Below are positions 12,204-24,066 of a stretch of 64,000 nt of DNA, one piece after another. The translations under genes were made by a program, and so were the position numbers. Origin of the DNA: Marsupella aquatica (taxonomy: Eukaryota; Plantae; Marchantiophyta); contig OZ316891.1 of NCBI GenBank assembly GCA_973895155.1, forward strand, positions 18,533,987 to 18,597,986. The letters run 5' to 3'. Below the pieces are notes generated by a model, which saw nothing but the letters and a program-made list of their open reading frames with translations, ran no database searches and had not been told where the DNA came from. Every line of letters begins with the position of its first letter. The first letter of the stretch is position 1.

Positions 12204-15200
12204 CTGCAAGCACATGCATCTTTGACAATTAATACTACAAGAGACCAAACTTCATTTGTAGGACGAATTTCCTATTGTAGCAAACATAATGCATCTACGA
12301 GACTAATGTAAGTTGGAAACAATTACCTTCACAATGCTTGGTGAAGCCTGATGTGGGCTAACAATGCTTCCCTGGAGTCACAATCTGCAATTGCTCATTG
12401 ACATATCATTTGAAAGCTCCACACTCAGTTTTGACTGCCAAGGAATTCGAGACATTTGCAGACGCGATAGAGGCAGACTAATCATTCAACAACGATTCAT
12501 TCATGAAGAACTTACAAATCTCAATGACACTGGTGAGCTACAATGATTTTTTGATTCAGCTGGGCGTGCTGCTGTTGAGCTTGGTTTGATTCCAACAGTG
12601 ATTTGCAATTGAGTAGGGCAGGTGCTGTTGAGCTGTTGTGATTTCTTGTCCCGATTGAGCTAGGCGACCTCGACCACAGCACATTACGCAACGCCTAAAG
12701 GTCGGCAGACTGGACCCTTCCGGTACTTACAATTCATATGGAAATCAGTGCGCTAGGTCACACACATTCTCGCCCTCCTTCGTGACCTTGAATTCCTTCG
12801 TGTCCCCTGCTCTGCTCGATCTGGCCACTACGTATGAATGTGACCTTCAACTGATGCTCGTCTGCACAGAGCACTTAGCTCTCATCTAGTCTCCAACTCT
12901 ACATAGTGCTGCTAGCGATCATAGCTGGTCCCAATAGCGCTGGTCCCGGGGCTGGTCCCAAGTCAGTTGGGCAAGTCATCCAAATGCAGCACAGTATGCA
13001 GCTTCTTATCCTTGAAAGACTTCTCGTGCTTGTTTTAGCCTCCCCTGTGCCGATGTGAACGCTGCTTTGGGCCCATACACATAGAACATAAAATGCTGAA
13101 TGCTTCCAATTTCCTCCCTCTCCATCAAGACTGATTCCGATCATGCAACGATAGTGCTATGTGCTAAGTGCTATGTGCACATTATGTCTAAACCTAGAGA
13201 AATGTGTCGCTGTGGTCGAGGCCTTTGTGTTAACCATGTACTTCTGCCAAAGCATCGATAGGACTACTGAAGCCGTTGTTGAGGAAGGGAAACCGGGATA
13301 TGGACAGACATCCGGATGGACTGACTGAAAACCTCCTGCTCCCGGTCAAACAGCTCTTTACAGGTCACCCTTGGAACATGCAGCCAATATGTGTTATACA
13401 AGCATAACTGCAACTTCGGCCTGTGTCCATCCAAGTTGTCCTTGTCCATCCGTGCATTTTTGCAAAAGTTTGTGTCTATATGGGCTTTAAGTTCTGCACA
13501 CTACAATCACCTGTGCATATATATATATATATATATCAAACTGCAGAAAAACAAAAGGCACCCAATCAGGAGACAAGATCCCAAGGGGGAAGGGCCCAAT
13601 CAAGGGGAGGCAACAAAGAAGCCAAAAAGGCTCAGGGTTTGAACAAAGGTCCACAAACAAAAGCAGCCTCATTAATACCCATCCTATGTAAATAGACATA
13701 AGGAGAAAAAAAGCCTTGTAAAAACTAACTAAAAGCTTGGATGGACTGATAGGTTGTTTATGAAGCCCCCATGTACAAACTAAACTGTTGAGCATAGACG
13801 ACAATCGCAACGATAAGCACATGACACATCCAATGATCAAATAATCGACACAAGAGATACGTGGTTCACCTCCTCGAGGCTACGTCCACGAGAATACACA
13901 AGAGAGCTTTACTGAACTCTAAGCCCGTCGGCTATACCAAGTCTCCACACACTACTACATATTTGCCAATTTTGCGAAGGCGTTTTACAAGAGGAAGAAA
14001 GCTTTGCAAGATTAATCTCATCGCTAAACTTGCGATCCGATACGCATCGCACTTAGCGAATCTACACACATCGCAACACATAATTGCGAAACTTAGACCA
14101 TCACAACATTTTACGACACTTCAGGTATCGCAAAACATTTCCGAAGCAATTACCATTGAACAAGTTAGCGATCTTTACCGCTTCGCAAATTCATTAAGAT
14201 GCGCCGGAAAACTAAATGGTTGCAAATATTTAAGCATCTCAAAATATTTTGCGAGTCTTATTGTCTCGCAAATGAGCGATATTTGTGGAATATATGGCTA
14301 ACTTGCGATAGTAATAGGCTCGCAAATCCTGTGCCTGTCTAGGGTCTCATTTTGTGAATGTTTTGGTTTCGCAACTTTGAGATGGTGGTATCTTCGGAAG
14401 TTTGCGATGAGGGAATGATGGCAATTAGGGAGCAGTTAAGTATCGCAAATGTAGCGATGAGTTTGCGGGTGTAGGGGTTTTGCAAGATGTTTCGCAAAAT
14501 ATTATGAGCGCTTCAAAGAGGTGGAAAAGGAATGGGATTGGGGAGGGAGGGTAAAGGAGGGTGGATACATGTAATTTTTAGGGAGGGACAATGAAAAGGA
14601 GGAGGAAGGGAATGGGGCTAGGAGGGACAAGGAACGGAGGGATCCAAGAGGGAGGATACGGGTTTAGGGGGCACAAGGAAATGAGGGAGGAGGAAGGGTA
14701 TGTAGATATAGTTTTAGGGAGGGTTTGGATTTAGGGAGTGAAAATAAAAAGGAGGGAGTTTAGGGTTTAGAGAGGGACAAGGAAAGGAGGGAGGGTATTG
14801 GTTTAGAGAGGGACAAGGAAATGAGGGAGGTTTAAGGGTATAGGTTTAGGAGGGAGGAGAGAAGCTAGGTTGTATAGGTAAGAGTGGGGGACAGGGGTGG
14901 AAAGTAAGGAAAGTATAGGGTTGAAATAGAAAGCCAGGGGTTGGGACAAGGAGAGGAAGGAGGAAGGAGGGTTTAATAAGAGGGACAGACAATGAAAGAA
15001 AGGAGGAGGGAGGTGGGTACAAGTAATAAGGAGAACAGCTAGGGGGGGATTAGGAAAGCATGGAGGATAGAGGACTACAAGCAACATGAGTTTTCTTTGC
15101 ATAAAGTCTACCAAAAGGTGTGGTGAGTGTGGGGTAGGGATGGGAGATATAGAAAACAACATTTGAAAATGATATACTTACAAAACATAAGTTTATTGAT

Positions 15201-15304
15201 AATTGAGAAGCACATATTTCTCCATTCTACCGAGAAGAGAAATCTTCATATCATCAAATCTAACTATATATCCGTGTAGCTATATATCCACAAACACAGA
15301 CCCC

Positions 15305-18300
15305 TCAAACTTGGTCCTCATCATCTTCAGGTTGGGACACAACTAGAATATCAGGCTTTTCCCCAACGATTGAATGAGACCGTGGCACATATGTGATGAC
15401 AAGTGACCATTCCTCTGGGTTTGGGGGGTATGGAATATAGAAACATTGTTCCACATGACTTGGAAAAGTGAACGGCTCTGATGTTTGCCAATGAGATGGC
15501 TGGAAACTAGTGGCAGACGTCTTCAGTCGTGTAAATCCACACTCATCTTGAACCACAGTAGGATTGTTACCTGCAAGGTTCACTTTGAACCACTTGCACT
15601 TGAAGACATACTCTTCAAACTTTGATTGTGCATCATAAGATATCACTAGAATCTCTTCTACCTTTCCATAATGTGGTACAACATCTCGAATAATATTTGT
15701 GTCATGGCGACTGCTGCGGGAATCTTGAGAGAATTGTCCTTGAACTCCACAATCAAAGGTACGACCCCTCTTCTCATCAAGGGAAGAAATCCTAAAATCC
15801 ATCAAACCATAAGGATATGTTACACAAAAATAGACACAAACATATTCCAATTAATTGAACACACCAAGAATCTGCCTCTTCAATATACGTGCTTGTATTA
15901 CAAATGAATTAAATTAAACCAAGTGATTCAAATCAAAGGTTACTAAGGTAGATGGAGATCACCTAAAATGTCTTCCTTGTGTCCACATTGCTGTCCTTGT
16001 TGTAACCACTCTCAAGGGACCATGAACAATGGTACGAACATCATCTGTGATAGCCGGAAAATGTAATACACTCTCTCCCCTGACCACCATGTCATCCACC
16101 TCAACTAACTTCTCCTTCATATAGTCAAGGTACTTTGGAAAAATCCTTGGTCTTGTGCTGTTACTTTTGGCATCCTCATAGAAATCCCTCCATTCTTCCA
16201 TGATAGTGTTGTTACTCAACATGAATGTGGTCAGTTGTTTCACCTCCACTGGTGTCAACATGCGAGTTTTCCTAGCACCTGTTAAACGATCCTCTTCATC
16301 TTCCCTCTCCTCTACCCAAGTACGGGGAGAGGTACAATCAATTGTGGCCAATATGTTACTACAATAGAACATACTCTCAGCTGCTAAGTATCCTGTAGCC
16401 ATGCTTCCCTCAACCCGTGCACGGTTACGTACATAACCTTTTAACACTGCCATGTATCGTTCTAGCCAATACATCCACCGACAATGCACAGGACCTGCAA
16501 TGGCCACCTCATGAACAAGATGAACAAATAAATGCACTTGACAGTCAAAAAAGGAAGGAGGAAGGGCCTTCTCCAACTTGCATACCACCTCTGCTGCCAA
16601 AACCTCCATCCTAGGGATCTCATCAGTATATATCTCCTTAGAGCATACCCATCTCAATAGTTTTCCCAATGACCAAAGGGCATCTTGCACTTCTTCACTT
16701 GCCAAACCTATTATGGCCACAGGCAATATGTGCTGCAATAACCTATGGTAGTCATGTGTCTTGAGATACCTTGGCCACTTATGATTGTCCTCCATCCCAA
16801 AGGCCTTTCGGAGATTGGCACCATAACCAGTACGAAACCGCATGTCTCCTATGCGATTCTGAAACTCCCTTCTCTGGCCAATAGGAAGCACCCATGGAGC
16901 TGAAGGTCGATGCTCGATCCCTGTGATAGGATCACTTATGACCCACACATCTGGATGCATCTCAAGATCCTCACAAGCCTCCCTGAAGTTAGTGTCTTTC
17001 TCTCCATAGAAAGCCTTTATCAAAGCCTTTCCCACATTTCCCTCAATGTGCATGGGGTCTAATAGATGGCGGATCTTCAACTCACCCCAATAGGGCAAAG
17101 TGGTTAATATACTCCACCTTGTCAAGCCACTACCGTCAAATTGCATGGGATCCTCTGGGTCTGCCACTCTTGCAGCCATGTCTTTCCAGTGTGTAAAAGT
17201 TGTTGGCTCAGGTACATCACGCTCGTCACCAAAGGGCATATCAATAGAGGAAAATAGTAGTGGGTCACGCCTCATCTGATGTCCCATTGGAAGAAACTTT
17301 GTATGCCCAAGATAAACAATCTTGCGAAGATGTGATGAATACTTGGCTACATCACCAAGGCTTGGGCCACAAGTGGAGCAAGCCTTGTAGCCTTGGGTTT
17401 GCAACCCACTCACAAAGCCAAATCCTGGTCATATAAACACACATTATGTTAGGATTAGCACATGGAAATGAGGGGATACCATGCATTAGAATATGATGCA
17501 TTTAAACAACAAAGTTCTTACCTGGGTAGTCATGCATGGTCCACATACAAACCCCTTTGAGTTTGAAAACCCGTGGGGTACCCCCTGTAGTCTTTCGACC
17601 ATCATATGCCCATACTCCTTCCCATAATTTCTGGAGTTCTTGAACTAGTAATGTCAAATAGGTGTCCATGTTCTTCACCTTCTTTGGCCCTGGGATAATC
17701 AAAGATAGCAACAAAAAACCCTTTTTCATGGACAACCATGGTGGAAGGTTGTAATTCATGAGAACCACAGGCCAGACCGATGTAGGTCTCCCCTTCCCTC
17801 CAAGTGAATGAGGGCTAACTCCATCTGATGCCAACCCCAGTCGCACATGCCGAGGGTCACGCTCAAAATCTGGCCATGTTGATTCCACATGTTTATGAGC
17901 AGGAGAGTCAACTGGTAATCGCATGACACCGGGCTCCGAACGATGTTTCTTGTGCCATACCATCAACTCGGCCAAGTCAGAACATCTATACATGTGCAAC
18001 AAGCGAGGAATTATGGGGAACCAACAAACTGCTTTCCTTGGTACCTTCTGGGTTAGCATGTTTGGCTCATACCGTGGCTCATGACACACTGTGCATTCTG
18101 TGATATGGGCGGTATCCCCGTGAAATAACATGCAATCATTCACACAGGCATGAATAATATGGTAATCCATACCAATGGATGAGAGAACCTTCTTTGCATC
18201 CTTCCAGATCCCTGGCAACACATTCTCCGAGGGTAACATCAAGTCATGACAATATTCAAATATGTCTGATAACATAGAATTGCTTGTCTTGTGTTTGGCT

Positions 18301-18677
18301 TGAATGTTCAAGAGCCCCAATATGACAGAAAGACGGCTCAACCGAGCACCCTCAGAAATAGGTGTTCGAGCATGTTCCTCTGCCTCTTTCCATTGTTGTT
18401 GTCCCTCTGGAGTATGTTGTGGCCGTGGGTCATTTGAAGGGCCAACCTCATGACCAATGTGAGGCACATCATCCTCAACATCGGCACCAAACCAATCAAC
18501 CATGAAGTCATCCATGGCTCTATCTTGATCATGCATGACCTGGTCATCAGTCCGAGGTGCGGCTTCCTCATCAGCACCACCTACATCATTACTTGATGAG
18601 GAATCACCCTCTGATGGTTCTCCCTCTTCTGGCATACCCATCTCCCGATATGTTGCTCTCAACCTTCGTGGTAACAT
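15305..18677 (-). CDS. TnpD/Tnp2-type CACTA transposase; predicted exons 18677-17522, 17424-15963, 15791-15305
   Basis: Motifs IHACVNDCMLF, CTVCHEPRY, RLGLASDGVSP, NLPPWL, HDYPG, LDPMHIE, KTHDYHRLLQ, GPVHCRWMYWLERYM, FKCKWF, EPF...QCFY (Transposase_21, DUF4218 and DUF4216 type). GT-AG introns restore the frame. Confidence 0.93.
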
Positions 18678-18909
18678 TTGTTGAGATGGTTGCGCATTCT
18701 ATGCACATTACAACCAAAAAACCTCCTCATGTATATTTGACCAAGTACAACAAATTAAAATAGACTTAACACCATTCATTCAAGACATTAAGAATTAAAG
18801 TAAATGCATGGGCTAAAACCTTATTACTCCAAAATGAGCCCAAAGGCCATATATATAATAGTAAATGGGAAGTCCAAAATAGGTGCAAGAGGATAAAGGA
18901 CATGATTTC

Positions 18910-20076
18910 CTAATCCCACTCATAGTGTGTGAATAACTCATCTCCTGCTCTAATGGTCCTAGTAGCAAGAACTAAGCAATGGTCCTTATGATATGTCGTG
19001 CCATATGGTGCCGGCATTGGACCATCAGTAAAAACCCACTCACAATTGGCCCTACGCTTGGGCCGAGTCCCCACAGTACTATTTATGAAACCAGCAATAT
19101 TCCCATTACGTATGGGATCACCATCTATCACCCGCTGCTCACTATATCTTCTAGTGCTACCATCAAAAGTATCCATCTCTAGAGCATATGTTTTCCACTC
19201 AGGATGTTGTGCAAGGATCATGTTCCAATGTCTTCTCTTGTAGATGGGTCCACCATATGGGAACAAAGTAGGACCCTCTCTACCACGAACACTTGACCCA
19301 CCCTCCTCATCCATGATGATATCCTCACAAGCAAATACTCCATATCCATGTCTCTCTCCAAGTGTGGAAGTTTTCACAATCCAACGTCTACCCCAAACCA
19401 CAATCTCCTCATCAAAATCTGTAAAATAAGGCAAGCCAAGAGTGATAGGTTCCCAATCCTTGATGATAGAGGCACACTTGCCAGTGAATGAACAAACACC
19501 CCACCTACCCTGAACTAGTGTTCTGGATGGGTCATTGGGTGCTCGTGGCCTCCTGTTGGATTGGGGCGTGGACCGGGGTCTTCGTGTCTCAGTGGGCACA
19601 TGAGGGTGTTCCCCTTCTGTCCCATGACTGGTACTAATTCCCAAACCCAAGGCTTGTGAAAGTGCATTGCCTATAGCATCTAAAACTCCTTGTGATGGGA
19701 CATAGGGTGGTGGTGTCACCAATCTACGCATACTGGATCCCTATTCCATGCAAACACCCACAAACAACCAAATGTGTAAACCATATGTGTAAACATTGAT
19801 TCACCTCTAAAAATAACAGTAAAGAACGGCAATCAATTGAAACAAACTTACCATATGGGATGAAGAAGCCCCGGGAGTAAGACCTCTATGACGTCCATAT
19901 CTCTCAATATGTTGAGCACACACATAAGATTTTTGAGAAATTTGGCCCACACATCTGGTGCAGTCACAAAGTCTTCGGGGTGGACCACGAGGACCAGTAA
20001 CCTCGGGCTGAGGAGGAGGGGGTATATCGTCATCGGAGGAGTACTCACTACTGGATAGTTCAGAGGAAGAGGACAT
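18910..20076 (-). CDS. Transposon-borne zinc-finger + SET-domain protein (predicted 351 aa; exons 20076-19852 and 19740-18910)
   Basis: Exon 1 has CDCTRC...HIERYG, resembling the CACTA transposase-associated zinc motif. A phase-0 intron atg|gtaagt...aatag|gga joins it in frame. Exon 2 has SET motifs KTSTLGERHGYGVFACEDI, PYGG, IDG...GNIAGFINST, ANCEW, LATRTIRAGDELFTHY. Confidence 0.88.
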
Positions 20077-20229
20077 ATCCACTGCCACATTACATTGCAT
20101 GTAGGGCATGATTAGGAAAAATTAGGCCATATATAAAGCGATTTTTAAAAAAATGAACTCAAAAAACAATTAGGTTGGTTTATACATGGGGTTTTATTAC
20201 CCTTTTATATTTGTTAGCATGAAACCCAA

Positions 20230-21240
20230 ATTAAGGTGAGTGTCATGCAAGAAGAAACCACATTATAACCTTTGGGAAAATTGTAATACCCTATGTCCTA
20301 AGTGAGGTTAGATTATTACCTGAATGAGACCCGGGCTCAACAGTGCCTATAGGTCACGTGGCTTTTGGAACATTTGCCAAATCTAGAAGTAGGAGGAAAA
20401 TACTGGAAACAAAATGTAAGTTTGGATGGTAATTAGCAGCCATCAAGTTGTGGAATCTTAGACATTTACCCACATATATCATGGCACAACAAAGAAGGGC
20501 AAGCATAAAAATCTGTACTAACAACATTGACTGTATACATGATGTTATACCTTTTAGATGCCCGGGTTCCCACAATGCATATGCATTAGACAAAAGTTGA
20601 GGTAGTAGTGTTGGCCCTGCGTTGTATCATGATTACATGGGTTTTCCCCTCAATTGTTAGCATAAAACCCTAAACCCTAAACCCTTATCCCCCCTCGAGT
20701 GAAAGGTGAGTGTCATGCAATAAAAACCCACCCTAGACCCCTGGGAAAACTCTAAAGGCCTAAGCCCAGAATGAAGTTGGACAATAATTACCTGAATGAG
20801 ATCCGGACTCAATAGTGCCTGTAGGTCGTGTGGCTCATTGAACATGAGCTGAATCTAGAAGCACGAGGAAAATACTGGAAACAAAAAAGTAAGTTTGGAT
20901 AGCCATTAGCTTCTCTCAAGTTGTAGACCCCCAAACATGTGCATATAGATATTCTTGCACAACAAAGAAGGGCAAGGTTTATGAACAATCTCTTTATCAA
21001 ACCCTGCTAACATACATGTTTAAATATACCTTTTAGATGTCCGGGTTCCCACAATGCATATGCATTAGACAAAAGTTGAGGAAGCAGTGATGGTCCTGCA
21101 CTGGATCATGATTACATGGGATTTCCCTCAATTGTTAGCATAAAAACCAAAACCTCATCCCGCTTCAAGTGAAAGGTGAGTGTCATGCAATAAAAACCCA
21201 CCATAGACCCTTGGGAACTCTAAAAGCGTAAGCCAATGAA
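20230..21240. repeat. ~470-bp tandem duplication (just over two copies) between the divergent CACTA-1 genes
   Basis: The anchor aaggtgagtgtcatgcaa recurs at ~20233, ~20703 and ~21173. ccgggttcccacaatgcatatgcattagacaaaagttgagg recurs at ~20562 and ~21041. Confidence 0.85.
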
Positions 21241-21959
21241 GTTAGCAAAAACCTAAATGGTCAATTCCCTTCAACCATCCTATGCTTCTCTCTACCATAA
21301 TTATATGCCACCCCTCTTGGTTACCCTCCTAAGATACCATAAAAGTGACCCAAGATACTATAAAACTGAAACCTCTCTTTCAAACCCTCCTAAGTTGGCC
21401 TAAACCCCAAAACCCAAAACATAAAACCCCTCCTAGCTCTTACCCTCCAATACATATAACCCCAACCTTCATAAATAAAACCCCCCTGCAAACCCAAAAC
21501 ATAAAACCCCTCGTATCTAAGCCAATCTAAGCCCAACCTTCACAAAAGAAACCCTCCCCTAACCAGGCCAAACCCCCTCCTCTTACCCTGCAATATAACT
21601 CCTTCAATTTTCTAACCCCCCCAATCCTTATCTCATCACATCCCACTAAAATGCAACATAATCCTCTACATCTACCCCATTTAATGTTCATAAGCCCCCT
21701 TAGTATCCCTAACAACACATCAAATACGCATGCGAGATGGGGGTTATGGCAAAACCAAATAGCGAAGGCTTTTGCGAATCTTGAAGCTTCGCAAAGATAG
21801 AATTTGTGAAGCTTTTTGCGAAGGCCGATGCATCGCAAACTGCGATGCGAAACGAATCGCAAAGCCCAATATTTTGAATCCTTATGGATTGCCGAGCGCG
21901 GACAAGGCGGATTCAGTTCATTCAGGCCTAAGGAGAGCAACGAGGGCAAGGGCAGAGCG

Positions 21960-24066
21960 ATGGCGAGTGAAGAGGGGACTGGTGGTGATGGAGGAGCTTC
22001 TGGCAGCAGCGGAGGCAACCGAGGGGGGGGGATCGATTGAAGGCGATTGTGGATGAGCATTTTTCGGTTGCACAGTTGAGTCAAATTGATTTCACCAGTC
22101 CAGCAGGGCTGGCATCATTGAGTGCCCTTCTGGGCCAAGCCTTGCAAGCAGGTCTCACTGCAGGGCAAGCAGCAGTGGAGGAGGATGCAAGGAAGGCAGC
22201 AGAGCAGGCGGCTGCTGAGAGGAAGCGAAAGAGGGACGAGAGAGCTCAGGCTGGAGTGCTCTCGCCTCAAGCATTGGAAAAGAAGAGGAGGAAAGATGAG
22301 AGAGACCTGATCAGGAAACAGAGGGAGGAGCAAAGAAAGAAGGAGGCAACAAGGAGGAAGCTGCCTCTGATTACTTTAGAGGATGAGGGGATTCCCACCG
22401 AGCTTGCTTACAATGGGGCCAAGAGCACAATCAGGCACATTGTATCCACAAATTTTGCAAGAGGAGTCAAGTGGGGCACTCGCTCAAAGGCAGAGCAGAA
22501 GCGAGTCATCAATCAGGTGAAAGATGCATTTCGAAATGGAGGAGAGATGGATTCACAGTGGCTTGCTGACAAAATTTCAAACTCCATGTCACAAGCTAGA
22601 TACCATGATAGAATGAAGACCAGGTCTCACCTTAGAGATTTGGTGGAGTATAGGAATTTGCAGAGGCCGCTGCAATTCTCAGAAGATATCTGGCAGGCCT
22701 TCTACCAGACAGAGGTGAAGTTGAAAGCAGCCAGGCTCCTCAATGATTTCACAGAGAAGCTGGCAAAGGCTCGAAGGGCAAAGGAGGCCGGGAAGTCTGA
22801 CCGGGACCTGAAGGTGATGGAGCAGAAGGTAGCCCAGCTCCAGCAGGTTGTAGCAGAAGTAGGCGATCCACCCAACAAGTTCCTGAAGGCAGCTGAGCGA
22901 GTCCGAGACAAGCCCAACATCACCCACAGGCTGGGTCAAGGTGGCCTCCCCGGCCTCAAAGCAGCATTCGTGAGTGCACCTCCCTCTCCTCCCTTGACTT
23001 CTTGCTACTCCAATTCCTATTCCAACACACCTGCAATGAGCCAACTCTTTCTTGCATTTCCACCAAGTAGTTACAATTAGACTTGTTGTGTCAGATTAGG
23101 TCACGTACAGTTGCTTCCCTCTCGGGTTTTTTCCATGACAGAGTTTGCGATACATTTGCGATGCGGGTAGCTTCGCAAATCCTTCGCAAACCTTATTATG
23201 CCCTTTTTTTGCTTACGTTTGCGAAGGCGTTGCAAAGACGTTCGCATCGCAACCAGCTTCGCAAACGTAATTGTCCTTATGATTGCGAAGCTGGCGCCTT
23301 CGCAAAATTTCAAAAATTTGAATTTTTAAATTTTCCGATCGTTTAAGTGTTCTTTGAGGGTCTTCCCCATATATGCCACCCTCCATAACCCCAAAACCTT
23401 GATGCACCACCCCACCAGCCCCAACAAACCCCCTAATTTTTAGAAGCCATGTGAATCGGGTTATGGGTTGGTGTTAACCCAATTGTGCTGGTTTTGTTTT
23501 GGCTTAGTACAAGAGGTACAAGAGGAAGATTACGGCGGCTGAGATGGAGGTGGGCCAGAAACATGGGAAGGAGCATCTCTTTCAGCAAGTTGATGAATTA
23601 TTGGTGAGAATTTTTAGGTTATTACATTCATTGCAATTTTGAATGAATATCTCTTTTGTTCACACTTGTAAAGAATATGAGACTAACAGACACCCTGGTT
23701 TGCTAATGGAAGCAGGGAGGGGAGGATGGTGACTCCCATACCGAGGGTGGCACCGATAGTAGTGATGAGGATGTGGAGGGGGCAGGGGAGGGGAGCACAG
23801 CTCCTGCTACTCAAGCCAGGCCAACTAGCACTGGAGACCAGTCATTTGCATCAGCACGTTCCAGTGGTGCTGGGGGTGGTAGCGCGGCAAGCCAGGGCGG
23901 TGGAGGTGGGGATGAGGATGAGGATGAGGATGAGGGTGACCCCGAGGGTGACCAAGAGGAGGAGGAAGTCCAGGTTGCACCCCCCCAAGAGCACACAAGG
24001 GCAAGGAGAAGGCCAAGGGGAAGAAGGCAAGGAGGGGCAGGAACACTCCTTTCTAGCTCGATGTAG
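21960..24066 (+). pseudogene. CACTA-1 accessory (TnpA-like) gene, three predicted exons, frameshift in a poly-G run
   Basis: ATG at 21960 (MASEEG...), with a frame break in the G-run at ~22021-22031. Helical/charged ORF to a donor at ~22970, then exons ~23507-23604 and ~23715-24066. HRLGQGGLPG parallels FWGQGGWGG in the equivalent CACTA-2 gene. Confidence 0.6.

Larger units (their letters stand above)
5575..13494 (+). mobile_element. Full-length Mutator-like (MULE) DNA transposon
   Basis: TIR gaacttaaagcccatatagacac...cttttgc...cggatggaca at 5575, with its inverse ending at 13494. Perfect 9-bp TSD TGCACACTA at 5566-5574 and 13495-13503. Internal MuDR-type transposase. Confidence 0.95.

Noticed and set aside
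14520-15160. Purine-rich tract with a 119-aa antisense ORF
   Set aside because: Low-complexity GA-rich sequence inside CACTA-1 with no coding evidence.
20665-20684. Telomere-like aaaccct repeats (also ~31981 and ~47401)
   Set aside because: Only 2-3 units each; these are common telo-box-type motifs, not a telomeric array.
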